A DNA stretch of 64,000 bases from the NCBI GenBank assembly GCA_963776275.1, contig CAVZMI010000021.1, forward strand, positions 224,001 to 288,000, written 5' to 3'. The position numbers and the translations under genes were made by a program. The stretch's first letter is position 1; the number at the start of each line of letters is the position of its first letter. Source of the DNA: Ignavibacteriota bacterium (GTDB lineage: Bacteria; Bacteroidota; Ignavibacteria; UBA10030; CAVZMI01). This document shows positions 50,883 through 60,424 of the stretch, piece after piece. The notes beneath the pieces are model-generated. The model was given only the letters and a program-made list of their open reading frames with translations. It did not search any database and had not been told where the DNA came from.

Positions 50883-51842
50883 TCAAACCTGTACAAGATG
50901 AATAGCAAATCCACCGATTTCGAGATCGAGATACACGGTGGAAAGTTTTCCGTTCTTTTCGCTCTTTGTTTCCGGCTTGATTCCGATTCCCTTCAGTGAC
51001 AGATAGGCAATTGCGCGCTCAATAAAATTGGTGGTAATAGCGATATGACCGTGAGTACCGAGATAATGCCGCTTCAGTACTTCAAACTGAGTTCCAACGA
51101 AGATCGAACCGTTTGTGTCCTGAGGTACGATCTGAAATATCTTTTCTATCTGGTGCGCAATGTTCAGCGCTTCATCGGGAGAAGGCGAGTTCATCCCGAT
51201 ATGTCTGAGTTCGAATCCCAGTATTGTAGTGACTGCCTGCCGCGATAGAGCCGCGATCTTTTCAAACTGACCTGCTTCGATCATCTCAGGATTCACCATC
51301 CAGCTTCCGGCGCATGCAAGGACTCCTGGGAATCGAAGATAGGAGAGGAGCATCGACTGGTCAATGCCGCCGGTGGGAATAAACTGCAGATTCCTGAATG
51401 GCGCTGCAATTGCTTTCAGGTACTGCAGACCACCGCACGCTTCTGCCGGGAAAAATTTTACAGCATCGAGACCATATTCAAGCGCATTCTGAATCTCTGT
51501 CGGGGTTGCAACGCCGGGTAAAACAGGAATTGCATTGGATATACAATACTCGACGACTTTCGGGTTAAATCCCGGCGACACAATGAAACGTGCCCCGGCA
51601 TCGATCGCTGTCCGAACCTGATCAATCGAGATAATGGTCCCTGCACCAACAAGCATCTGCGGCGAATTTGCCGTAATCCGTTCGATCACACGTGCAGCGG
51701 CCTGAGTCCGGAATGTAACTTCAAAAGAGGTCAACCCGCACTCAAGCAGTGTCTGTCCAAGCATCGCTGCTTTCTTTTCATCTTCGACGATTGCGACAGG
51801 AAGAATTCCCTGCAATCCAATCTTTTTCAGAATATCGTCCAT
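50883..51842 (-). CDS. eda: KDPG/KHG aldolase with ~110-aa C-terminal extension
   Basis: EVTFRT, GAGT, FIVSPG, PGVATPTE, KFFPAE, PTGGI. Confidence 0.92.
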   Translation of the reverse strand: MDDILKKIGLQGILPVAIVEDEKKAAMLGQTLLECGLTSFEVTFRTQAAARVIERITANSPQMLVGAGTIISIDQVRTAIDAGARFIVSPGFNPKVVEYCISNAIPVLPGVATPTEIQNALEYGLDAVKFFPAEACGGLQYLKAIAAPFRNLQFIPTGGIDQSMLLSYLRFPGVLACAGSWMVNPEMIEAGQFEKIAALSRQAVTTILGFELRHIGMNSPSPDEALNIAHQIEKIFQIVPQDTNGSIFVGTQFEVLKRHYLGTHGHIAITTNFIERAIAYLSLKGIGIKPETKSEKNGKLSTVYLDLEIGGFAIHLVQV

Positions 51843-51867
51843 TGAATTTTTATTTTTCAGTCATATA

Positions 51868-52620
51868 TCATCGTGCCATCCAGCCGCCATCGACAACGAG
51901 CACGTGGCCGTTCACATAATCGGAAGCCTGTGAGGCCAGGAATATGACCGCACCCTGCAAATCATCCGGAGTACCCCATCGACCTGCCGGAATACGATCA
52001 AGAATTGCTTTTGAACGAACGGCATCTTCTCGAAGCGCCTTCGTATTGTTCGTGGCCATATAACCGGGCGCAATTGCATTTATGTTAATGCCGTACTGGG
52101 CCCATTCGTTCGAGAGCGCTTTTGTAATCTGTGCAACTGCTCCTTTGCTTGCAGAATATGACGGCACTATGATGCCTCCTTGAAATGCCAGCAACGATGC
52201 GATATTAATTATTTTCCCGGATTTTCGTTTCATCATATCACGAGCAACTGCCTGGGAGAAGAAGAATACGGTTTTCGAATTGATCGCCATGACATCATCC
52301 CAGTCTTTCTCGGAAAAATCTATTGCCGGTGTCCGGCGGATTATACCTGCATTATTCACGAGGATATCCACTTTCCCGAACGTCCGGATTGTCTCATCAA
52401 CAATTGATTGAATTGGTTTGGTGGACATGAGATCAGCCTCGATGATAATGGTTTTCCGGCCAATTGCCTTGATTTCTTCGGCAGTTTCAGCACTGGAAAC
52501 GTAATCGACCAGAACGAGATCTACGCCGGCTTCGGCCAATCCCAGCGACATGCCTTTGCCAAGTCCCGTACTCGCACCGGTAACGATAGCCGTTTTACCT
52601 GAAAGATCAAACAGCTTCAT
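51868..52620 (-). CDS. kduD: 2-dehydro-3-deoxy-D-gluconate 5-dehydrogenase
   Basis: TGASTGLG, NNAGIIRR, FQGGIIVPSYSASK, IAPGYMATNNT, VDGGWMAR. Confidence 0.95.
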   Translation of the reverse strand: MKLFDLSGKTAIVTGASTGLGKGMSLGLAEAGVDLVLVDYVSSAETAEEIKAIGRKTIIIEADLMSTKPIQSIVDETIRTFGKVDILVNNAGIIRRTPAIDFSEKDWDDVMAINSKTVFFFSQAVARDMMKRKSGKIINIASLLAFQGGIIVPSYSASKGAVAQITKALSNEWAQYGININAIAPGYMATNNTKALREDAVRSKAILDRIPAGRWGTPDDLQGAVIFLASQASDYVNGHVLVVDGGWMAR

Positions 52621-53016
52621 AGTACTCCCTCTGTCTTTCTATCCGACTTCTTTATTACAAAAGAAGCATCCAGTCCACAAAAAATTGAAACTGGATGCTT
52701 CGAATTGGATATTGATAAAAGTTCGAGATCCAATCAATCCTCTCGAAAAATTATAATATAGAAAAATAGTGCACAAATGTACAGGCTCTGTGAGTCCTGA
52801 CCGTCTCTCTCCTTTCGGAGGAGTGTCTCACTCAATCAAGCCATCATCATATTAACCTATTGAACCCTCGTGTGGAGTAGAGTAACAGCGCAGCGAGGTT
52901 AGGTCAAGCATAATCTGTTTTTGCCTCTTTCGGTTGGCAGTGCCTCAGTATCTCGACCGGGTCCTGTTTCCAACCATATGTCGATTTCTCGCTCCATGCA
53001 TTCAGAGCTTTTTCAT

Positions 53017-53061
53017 GTCCGGGATATTGGAGGTGAGCGCCTCAACCTCCGCACCCGGATA
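53017..53061 (-). terminator. Hairpin downstream of the T9SS protein gene
   Basis: TCCGGG..GGAGGTGAG.CTCAACCTCC..CCCGGA stem. Confidence 0.45.
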
Positions 53062-53086
53062 GAAAAGGAATAGCTTCCCTCGGCGC

Positions 53087-55237
53087 TCATTTCACGAGCA
53101 ATAATTTATTCACCTTACTGAATTTTTGGTTTCCCATCTGATCATACGCTCTGAATTTCGCGAAGTATATCCCGCCTGCCATCGAGGAAGCGTTCCATCG
53201 TACCGTGTAATATCCGGCTTCAACATTCCCATCCACGAGTACCGAAATTTCTCGCCCGACAACATCATAAATGATCAGCGATACCCGAGAAGTAATCGGA
53301 AGAGCAAACCTGATCTCTGTCGAGGGATTAAAGGGGTTGGGATAGTTCTGTTGAAGAGCAAATTCCTTCGGGATTTGTGTCTTATCACGATCAATCCCGA
53401 CCACAGGGCTTCCCTTCCCACTAACAGTAAGCGTATCCGGTGAACTCGATGCGTTATGCGAGAAAACGATGGAGCCGGATTGGGTAGACGTATCCTGAGG
53501 TGAAAACGTTACGATGAGATAGGCACTTCCCGACGGACTCAGTGTCATCGTTGCAGGTGTAAAAGTAAAACGGGCATTTGTGGATGAGATTGCCGTAACC
53601 TGCAGGGGCTGGTTTCCAAGATTGGAGACAAGAACACTGTCTTTCTTTGTAGAACCGACTGATACCGTCAAGAAATTGATTGCTTTACTTGAGAGAGAAA
53701 ACACCGGTGCTGGTAGAACCTGCTGGGTGAATTGCCACCGCGGATCTCCCACTACCTTGCCGTCACTGCTGGTGATAATATCATAGCTGGCATATGAGCA
53801 ATTGAGATTATCCATATACCATTCTGCTGTTCGCCGGTTATAATCGTATACCCAAACATTGTTTGCCACATCATGTATAAAATTCGTAGCGGGGACATTA
53901 CTGGTGCCGTCTTTCTTTTTCCCGGCACCGGCTCCTACATTATTGATCGTGTTGCCGCCCGTCCCGGGTCCAAACGGAGTAAAGTACCACCGGATCATTT
54001 TTGTCATCAACGGCGGAACTTGCGTAACTGAAACAGTCACCTTTTTAAAAGGATCATCTATACCACCACCTGACGCTAACAACTGTCTCCATATGTCAGA
54101 CGTTATAATAGGCTCTTGATAATAGAGCCATTCTGTTGGTAAATGAAGATACGGCGAATTTAGATTACGTATTGACTGGCCAGAATCTGAAATCATATAG
54201 TAGTTATTCGAAATATCCCAAGGAGTAATATGAGTTGTCTTATTAGAACGTGCAACTATCCAGCTGATTTGATATCCGCCATGTGGATCCATATCTGGGC
54301 TGTCGGTAAACTCACTCGCACGAATTGCATCGGTGTCGGGACCCATTGCAAAATTATCAATGAACAAGTTATTCTTGATCTCGAACGGACCATTACCGAG
54401 CGAATCGATGAGACCCAACGATATCATTCCACAATAACTCAATCCATTGACACACGTATTATGATTGAATTTAAAACTATGTATTGGTAAGGTGGAGAGA
54501 TAATGCCTGATGACACGATCTTGCCAGTTAACAAACGTATTATTTTCCACGATTATTGTATCGACCTCGGAATTCCGAAAATCGAAGCCTCGACCGGCAC
54601 CCAGATTGGAATTACCGATAAATCCCATATCCGCTATTACCGAATTCGTAACTTTAACAGTCCCGGCATGAACAGGCCCACTTGCTCCTATTTGCATAAT
54701 TTGACCACTGACAGTTTTTAATAAACAACTGTCAACATAAATACTGCCATTGCCGGTATTTAGAATTTCAATCATATTTCCCTGATTTTTATCGAGAGTT
54801 CCGGCTTGGCTCTCGTCGATTCCACATATCGAAAGATGCTTAAATTTGATCGTGCCATTAGGTTGAATCAATCTTGCGAATCGTCCCGGAGGTGTGCCGG
54901 ACACAGGATAACCATATATCTGCGGCATGAAATCTCCCGTACCAAGTGCGGGGATGGCATAATTTCCATCTTCCGCTCGAATCTCCAATTTTCTGCCCGC
55001 ACGAATATCAATTGAACCATCGTATGGATAATATCCATTCTTCGCCAATACATAGACGCGGGTATTGTTTTGCCAACCTGTTAGTCCATTTCCTGCAGTA
55101 TCAGCGATAATAAGCCGATTAATGAACAGGCCTGTTCCATATAGATCAGGAATAAAACATGTATCTACCTGAGCATATGTCGTAAGTGGAATGAGCAAAA
55201 ACAGAACCACCCAAAAACAAGATACAAAGTTTTTCAT
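53087..55237 (-). CDS. Secreted T9SS-sorted protein (beta-helix-like + Ig-like/ASH domain), partner of adjacent TBDR
   Basis: Signal peptide; VENNTF, FNHNT, IKNNLF, ISNNYY; SDGKVVGDPRW; CTD QNYPNPFNP...KLLLVK. Confidence 0.75.
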   Translation of the reverse strand: MKNFVSCFWVVLFLLIPLTTYAQVDTCFIPDLYGTGLFINRLIIADTAGNGLTGWQNNTRVYVLAKNGYYPYDGSIDIRAGRKLEIRAEDGNYAIPALGTGDFMPQIYGYPVSGTPPGRFARLIQPNGTIKFKHLSICGIDESQAGTLDKNQGNMIEILNTGNGSIYVDSCLLKTVSGQIMQIGASGPVHAGTVKVTNSVIADMGFIGNSNLGAGRGFDFRNSEVDTIIVENNTFVNWQDRVIRHYLSTLPIHSFKFNHNTCVNGLSYCGMISLGLIDSLGNGPFEIKNNLFIDNFAMGPDTDAIRASEFTDSPDMDPHGGYQISWIVARSNKTTHITPWDISNNYYMISDSGQSIRNLNSPYLHLPTEWLYYQEPIITSDIWRQLLASGGGIDDPFKKVTVSVTQVPPLMTKMIRWYFTPFGPGTGGNTINNVGAGAGKKKDGTSNVPATNFIHDVANNVWVYDYNRRTAEWYMDNLNCSYASYDIITSSDGKVVGDPRWQFTQQVLPAPVFSLSSKAINFLTVSVGSTKKDSVLVSNLGNQPLQVTAISSTNARFTFTPATMTLSPSGSAYLIVTFSPQDTSTQSGSIVFSHNASSSPDTLTVSGKGSPVVGIDRDKTQIPKEFALQQNYPNPFNPSTEIRFALPITSRVSLIIYDVVGREISVLVDGNVEAGYYTVRWNASSMAGGIYFAKFRAYDQMGNQKFSKVNKLLLVK

Positions 55238-55289
55238 AACGCACTCCTTTCAATAAATGTTTTATTATTGGTTAATTAAACTATTTTAT

Positions 55290-58200
55290 TTACAGTAATA
55301 CTCGTACCGCCAGATCAACCGAGGTACCGTATAATTCCGCAGTTCGGGGGAGGTATCCCCAGTCAAAAACATTGTTTAGCCGCGATCTCGTCTCCTCCTT
55401 GTTGAATATATTATTGACGTTGAGAAATAGCGCAATATTTGATGTGACCTGCTGTTTCAGCGCAAGATCCCACTTGGTGAATTCATCAACGATACCATCG
55501 GATGTTCCGAAGGCCGAGTATTGACTTGTATACCTTCCCTGATAATAAACCGATAACCTTGCCGAGAAGTCTCCAATATCATACCCCAGAGCCACATTAC
55601 CATAAATCTCCGGTTGATTTTCTGAATTCCTTGTCACTAATACAGGCTCACTATTTTGTAAATAATTATATTTCTCCGGTTTATAACGAGGTGTCCCCGG
55701 TGTTCCTGACGGGGGAGTATAAGTGGTATCTTCAACAGTTCTACCAATTATAATATTTGTCTGAGAGCGTGTTATTGAAAAGTTATAAGACAACACGACG
55801 TTTCTAAGCCAAGAGACGGGGAGAAAACCGAAATTCATCTGGTGTTCAACCTCGATTCCCCATGCGTATGAAGGATCTGGTGAATTATACGCTAAATTTA
55901 CACTGTACACGGGGCTAGTATGCAGAAGGCTTGCAAAGGTTGGATTCTGTTCCCATGATGACATATTTAAATCATCGAGTAGTCGATCTAACCGGCCGTA
56001 CAATCCTGCCTTTTCACTTGTAGTCCATCCCTTATATCCTACCGCGGTATTGGGACCCCCGGAGGGCCAGCTTATCAGGACATTATTTGTTTGGTGAAAA
56101 AGATCATCGATGATTTTGTAAAATCCCGAAACTGAAAATAGCCCTATTGTATTGCTATAGATCTGTGTGTTTACTTCAAAGTTCCATGCTTTGGCATCCT
56201 TTAACTGTGGATTTCCAGCTGAAAAGACAGCGTTACCCGAGCCGGGAGCAAACTGCGGCAGACGCATATCAAAAGCCGGACGCGCCAAAGCTCTGTACGC
56301 GGCAAAACGAACGGTCAGATAATCTGTCGGCCTCACTGAAAGCTGTGCGCTAGGCAGCCAGATTGTCTCCGCATAGTGAGCTGTCGTATCGATGACCTGT
56401 CCATTAAGAGTCACAACCGCACCAGTACCTCCAACTGCTCCGTCCGAATATTTCGCCTTATAGTCATTCGATTCTTTTTCAACCCTTAATCCGAAAATGA
56501 ACGTTGTCATCTGTCCGATATCGAGTGTATTCATTATATAGGCACTCGAGATATTTTCGGTGATGTAATAATCACTAAGAACGGAATTACCGTTGGGGCC
56601 CCAATCTTGGGCAACGGCTGCTTTTCCGTTTTTATTAAGATCCCACCATTCTTTCATTGCATCGACGTTAATAAGTGGTGATATATGATAGAGTCCCATG
56701 ACATTACGTGAGACCACGGGCTGATCGAGGTACCATATTAGTGGAACGGCACTGTGCGCGATACCTTCAAAGCGTGTTCCTGTAAGATCGATTGGTGATC
56801 CATCGACATTTACCAGAGGATATTGTTTATAGTTATTCCATACCATATCTCCGGTGTTATACCATCTCGTTTTCGCCTTGTACTTTCCACCGATTTTGAA
56901 CTCATTTGACACAAAATTCCCGAGATTAAATATTTTGGAGACATTCAACTGGAGGGTTTGCTCCTTATCAAAGTTTTCCCTTCGCATATAATTTGTACTA
57001 TCGAGTTCCACTGCCGAAAAATTATTATTGGCAAAAGGTATGATATTGATCTCAGGATGATCCTTGCATCTCTGGAAAGATCCCGCTGAGTCTGCGATAA
57101 AAGCCATACGATAATCAAAGGGATTCTTAATTCTTGATTGTGCATATGCCGCGTTCCAATCAACCGTTAATCCCAGAACATGATTCGTACCCTGCAACGA
57201 ACCGTTCAATGTACTTATTCGCTGCTCTGTATACTGATAAAGATATTCAGCCGTTCCTGATCCTGCCGGATATTCTCGTTCATTAAGAGTGATATTTCTC
57301 CCTGTTTCACTGTACAAACCGGTTAACTTTACAGATCCACTGTCCGGTGTATTCAAATCAAAAATTACCTGGCCGCCATTTCGGTTACGAAGTTCATCGG
57401 TAAAACGGACATCAAAACTACTAAGGCTATAATCGTTACCGAAAATAGTAGAGTTGCCTTCGCGCATTGGGAATCGAATATTATACAAAGAATCTGTATT
57501 ATTTGAGGGAGTATAACCATAGGCGTCATTTTCTCTGCTCCGGATTTTGCTTTCTGCATTTCCCTGAAGTTGAATACCGAGCAGATCATTGAAAAAACGT
57601 TCTCCATATCGGAACGAAAGATCATATTGCTTGGATGATTTCATCAGAACATTGTAATCACCCTTGATATCAAAGCGAAGCAGCCGCTCAGAAGGTGCTT
57701 TTCTTGTCACCAAGTTCACCGAACCGGCAATTGCATCCGCATCCTGATCGGCTGTAAGTGTCTTGTGGAGTTCCACACCCGCCAGAGCACCCTGCGAGAG
57801 CATACTCAGGTCGACGTCCCGTGTACTTGGATCGGTGGGCGGAACTTTAACTCCGTCAACCGTAATATTGCTGAACTGCGAGCTCAATCCTCGCAGTACA
57901 ATATTTGTCGCCTCACCACCACTCCGGATAATCGAGACCCCCGGCAGACGCCCGATTGCCTCTGCGGCATTTGCATCCGGCAATTCCTGAATTTTTTCCT
58001 CTGAGACGACATTCATAATTGTCTTTGACGTAATCTGCTGGTTCATTGCTGCCAATTGACCGCGAAGTTGAGCGGTTACTATGACTTCTACTCCCATTAT
58101 GATTGCGGGTTGTAACTGAACGTTCAACACGACGGTTTTTTTCTCTGAAAAATTTATTTCAATCTCCTTCGGTTCATATCCCACACAGGATACTTTAACT

Positions 58201-58418
58201 TTAAAAGATTTTTGTGGGATTCCATTGATTACATATACGCCTTCAATATCCGTTGCACAACCCAGTGATGAACCCAGTAAAACAACATTGGCTCCCACAA
58301 TTATTCCACGAGTTGTTGAATCCGTTACAGAACCACGTAACGTACTCTGACTGAAAGCAACTACCGGGATGAAGAGCAGAACAAATGCAAGTCTTCTTAC
58401 ACGGGAAAAAGTTTTCAT
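55290..58418 (-). CDS. TonB-dependent receptor
   Basis: Signal peptide, plug IQELPDANAAEAIGRLPGVS..LRGL, GNPQLK, terminal beta-strand. Confidence 0.93.
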   Translation of the reverse strand: MKTFSRVRRLAFVLLFIPVVAFSQSTLRGSVTDSTTRGIIVGANVVLLGSSLGCATDIEGVYVINGIPQKSFKVKVSCVGYEPKEIEINFSEKKTVVLNVQLQPAIIMGVEVIVTAQLRGQLAAMNQQITSKTIMNVVSEEKIQELPDANAAEAIGRLPGVSIIRSGGEATNIVLRGLSSQFSNITVDGVKVPPTDPSTRDVDLSMLSQGALAGVELHKTLTADQDADAIAGSVNLVTRKAPSERLLRFDIKGDYNVLMKSSKQYDLSFRYGERFFNDLLGIQLQGNAESKIRSRENDAYGYTPSNNTDSLYNIRFPMREGNSTIFGNDYSLSSFDVRFTDELRNRNGGQVIFDLNTPDSGSVKLTGLYSETGRNITLNEREYPAGSGTAEYLYQYTEQRISTLNGSLQGTNHVLGLTVDWNAAYAQSRIKNPFDYRMAFIADSAGSFQRCKDHPEINIIPFANNNFSAVELDSTNYMRRENFDKEQTLQLNVSKIFNLGNFVSNEFKIGGKYKAKTRWYNTGDMVWNNYKQYPLVNVDGSPIDLTGTRFEGIAHSAVPLIWYLDQPVVSRNVMGLYHISPLINVDAMKEWWDLNKNGKAAVAQDWGPNGNSVLSDYYITENISSAYIMNTLDIGQMTTFIFGLRVEKESNDYKAKYSDGAVGGTGAVVTLNGQVIDTTAHYAETIWLPSAQLSVRPTDYLTVRFAAYRALARPAFDMRLPQFAPGSGNAVFSAGNPQLKDAKAWNFEVNTQIYSNTIGLFSVSGFYKIIDDLFHQTNNVLISWPSGGPNTAVGYKGWTTSEKAGLYGRLDRLLDDLNMSSWEQNPTFASLLHTSPVYSVNLAYNSPDPSYAWGIEVEHQMNFGFLPVSWLRNVVLSYNFSITRSQTNIIIGRTVEDTTYTPPSGTPGTPRYKPEKYNYLQNSEPVLVTRNSENQPEIYGNVALGYDIGDFSARLSVYYQGRYTSQYSAFGTSDGIVDEFTKWDLALKQQVTSNIALFLNVNNIFNKEETRSRLNNVFDWGYLPRTAELYGTSVDLAVRVLL

Positions 58419-58552
58419 AATAGTAGTACTCCTTGCACTAGATTTAATTATATATTTACAACTCTTGGATAGATCAAGGATATAATACGACCTCTTACTG
58501 CTCCTTTTTCTATGAGTAAAGATTAATATAATTTAGAGAAAGGAAAAATTAT

Positions 58553-59324
58553 TTATTTCAATGAGTGCTTTAGACTTTTATTAGCCGATCCGGTGCTTCG
58601 TTGTTTTTCCAGCATCTGTTCCGTATGCTGCTCGGCAATTTCAAGATGCCGTATCATTGCAGCGCGAGCACTCTCTGCATCTCGATGCAAGATGGCTGTG
58701 AGAATTTTTTCATGCCATTCAACCGCCGAACGCTTTGCATCTGCAACAGTCTGATACACCGATGATTTGATTTGCGGAACAAGTCTATGTATCGGTTCCA
58801 GTATTAAAGGGATCAAAGAATTTTCCGCTGCTTTTGCAATATCCAGATGAAATTGCATATCAAGCCTTGAGAGTTCCACGTAATCACCGAGACTCTGGGC
58901 CAGATCATAATGATCTTTCTTTAATTTTTCAGCATCCTCTTCCGTGTGATGAAGTGCCGCTGATGCCGCTATCGGAGGTTCAATAATTTGCCGGGCATGG
59001 ACGACATCGAAAACATAATTTCGGTCAAGCTGCATTTCAAGATAAAGATGAATCGGATCTGTAACCGTCTCGGCAGATAAATTCTGGACAAAAATTCCTT
59101 TCCCTTTCATTATAACGACAAGACCACGAGCACTTAACATACGGAGCGCTTCACCGAACCGCAGTGCGGCTTACATCAAATTGCTGGCACAACTCTAATT
59201 CTGATGGAAGTCTTACTCCCGGCAAGAGTATCTTTGCACGGATGGCTTCCTCGATTTTAGATTCGACAACCTTACTTAAAAGGTATCTTTTGCCGACAGG
59301 CGTGAATATGTTGTCACTTGTCAT
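58553..59324 (-). pseudogene. GntR/FadR-family regulator, frameshifted near 59155
   Basis: From ATG 59324: MTSDNIF...LPGVRLPSELELCQQFDVSRTAVR, then shifted EALRMLSARGLV; FCD domain ARQIIEP, DMQFH, HEKI. Confidence 0.85.
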
Positions 59325-59376
59325 ATGTATGATATGTTATATCTTATAATATATTAAACACTACCTATTCTGTCAA
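59320..59376 (-). promoter_or_regulatory. sigma70-type promoter and candidate GntR operator
   Basis: Minus strand TTGACA (59376-59371), 17-bp spacer, TATATT (59353-59348); near-palindrome TCATATGTATGA at 59321-59332 overlapping the start codon. Confidence 0.6.
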
Positions 59377-59700
59377 TAGAAATCTTAACTTTTTAAAAAA
59401 AAGTTAAAAAACCTCACAGATTATGCCAAAATCCAGATTTTAAGCTCTATCTTATACAAATCCTTTGTTTTCGGGGTTTCCTTATATATAGTGTGTCGGT
59501 AGGTAATTATCCCGGTTACCATACTTCTACAGAATAAAAGAGGCTCTTATATGTACACCTGGGTATGGTCACCTCATTTCCCCGGTGAAAGAAATCCCTT
59601 CGGGAAGTTAATGCTCGAATATAACCGACACGCTTCATGAATGCTGAAGCATGTCCGTAATGATTGGATTCAATATCCTAGATAGCTTCTTACCACTATT

Positions 59701-60255
59701 TCAAACTATTTTGATTACATGAATACATCTCTCTCCACCGCGTAAGATCGACTCTTCAATTTCTACATCGACAGATTTTCCCAGTATGGTTTCGAATACT
59801 TCTTTATTGTATCCTCTTGAACAATTGCAGAAATCTTTCGGAGTTATCGACCCGTCGACAAACGGACAGAAGCACGATTCCGCTTTTTTGCCGACTATCC
59901 TGATCATTTTTTTCTCTTTATCATATTCAGTACTTTCAGCCCATAGTCTTTTCATTTCTTCCAGATAACCTTCAGGGTTATCCTTAAATTTCTTCAACAT
60001 ATCCGCATTCTCTTTTGCACACGCGCGGCCTAAGTCTTCGATAATCTTTTTCTTCTTTTCCTGATCTACCGTCGAGTCAAGATTCTCTATGAGCTTGGCA
60101 AATCGTCTGCGGATAAAATCAAACCTCCAGTCCGATTCCTTTTTCTGGGTCCCATCAGAACCGGCAAACAGATTTCCACTGGCTAAAATTGATAATCCTG
60201 CACATGAGCACATTCCTAACGCACAGGCAGAGGTAAGAAATTCTTTTCTTTTCAT
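59701..60255 (-). CDS. Cys-rich V4R-like (DUF6144-like) protein with Tat-like N-terminus
   Basis: MKRKEFL leader; LGRAC, CFCP, FCNCSRG, ESILRGGERC. Confidence 0.65.
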   Translation of the reverse strand: MKRKEFLTSACALGMCSCAGLSILASGNLFAGSDGTQKKESDWRFDFIRRRFAKLIENLDSTVDQEKKKKIIEDLGRACAKENADMLKKFKDNPEGYLEEMKRLWAESTEYDKEKKMIRIVGKKAESCFCPFVDGSITPKDFCNCSRGYNKEVFETILGKSVDVEIEESILRGGERCIHVIKIV

Positions 60256-60424
60256 ATGACGGGCTCCTTGTCTGTAATAATTATTATAAACATCTGCGGC
60301 CGGGACGTCGAGATAATCCCAACCGGTGAAAAAATCTTTGTATGCGTACGCTTCATCAAGTATTAATTGACGCGGTGTATTTGTATACCGGTCCCGGAAT
60401 AAATTATTTTACCGGGTCGAAGTG

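Noticed and set aside
52760-53010. Riboswitch upstream of kduD
   Set aside because: Only scattered short hairpins (e.g. CTCCTTTCGGAG); no known aptamer consensus recognised by eye.
5960-59160. Programmed frameshifting or phase variation at the split genes
   Set aside because: No slippery heptamers or simple-sequence repeats at the break points, and these families are not known to be recoded.
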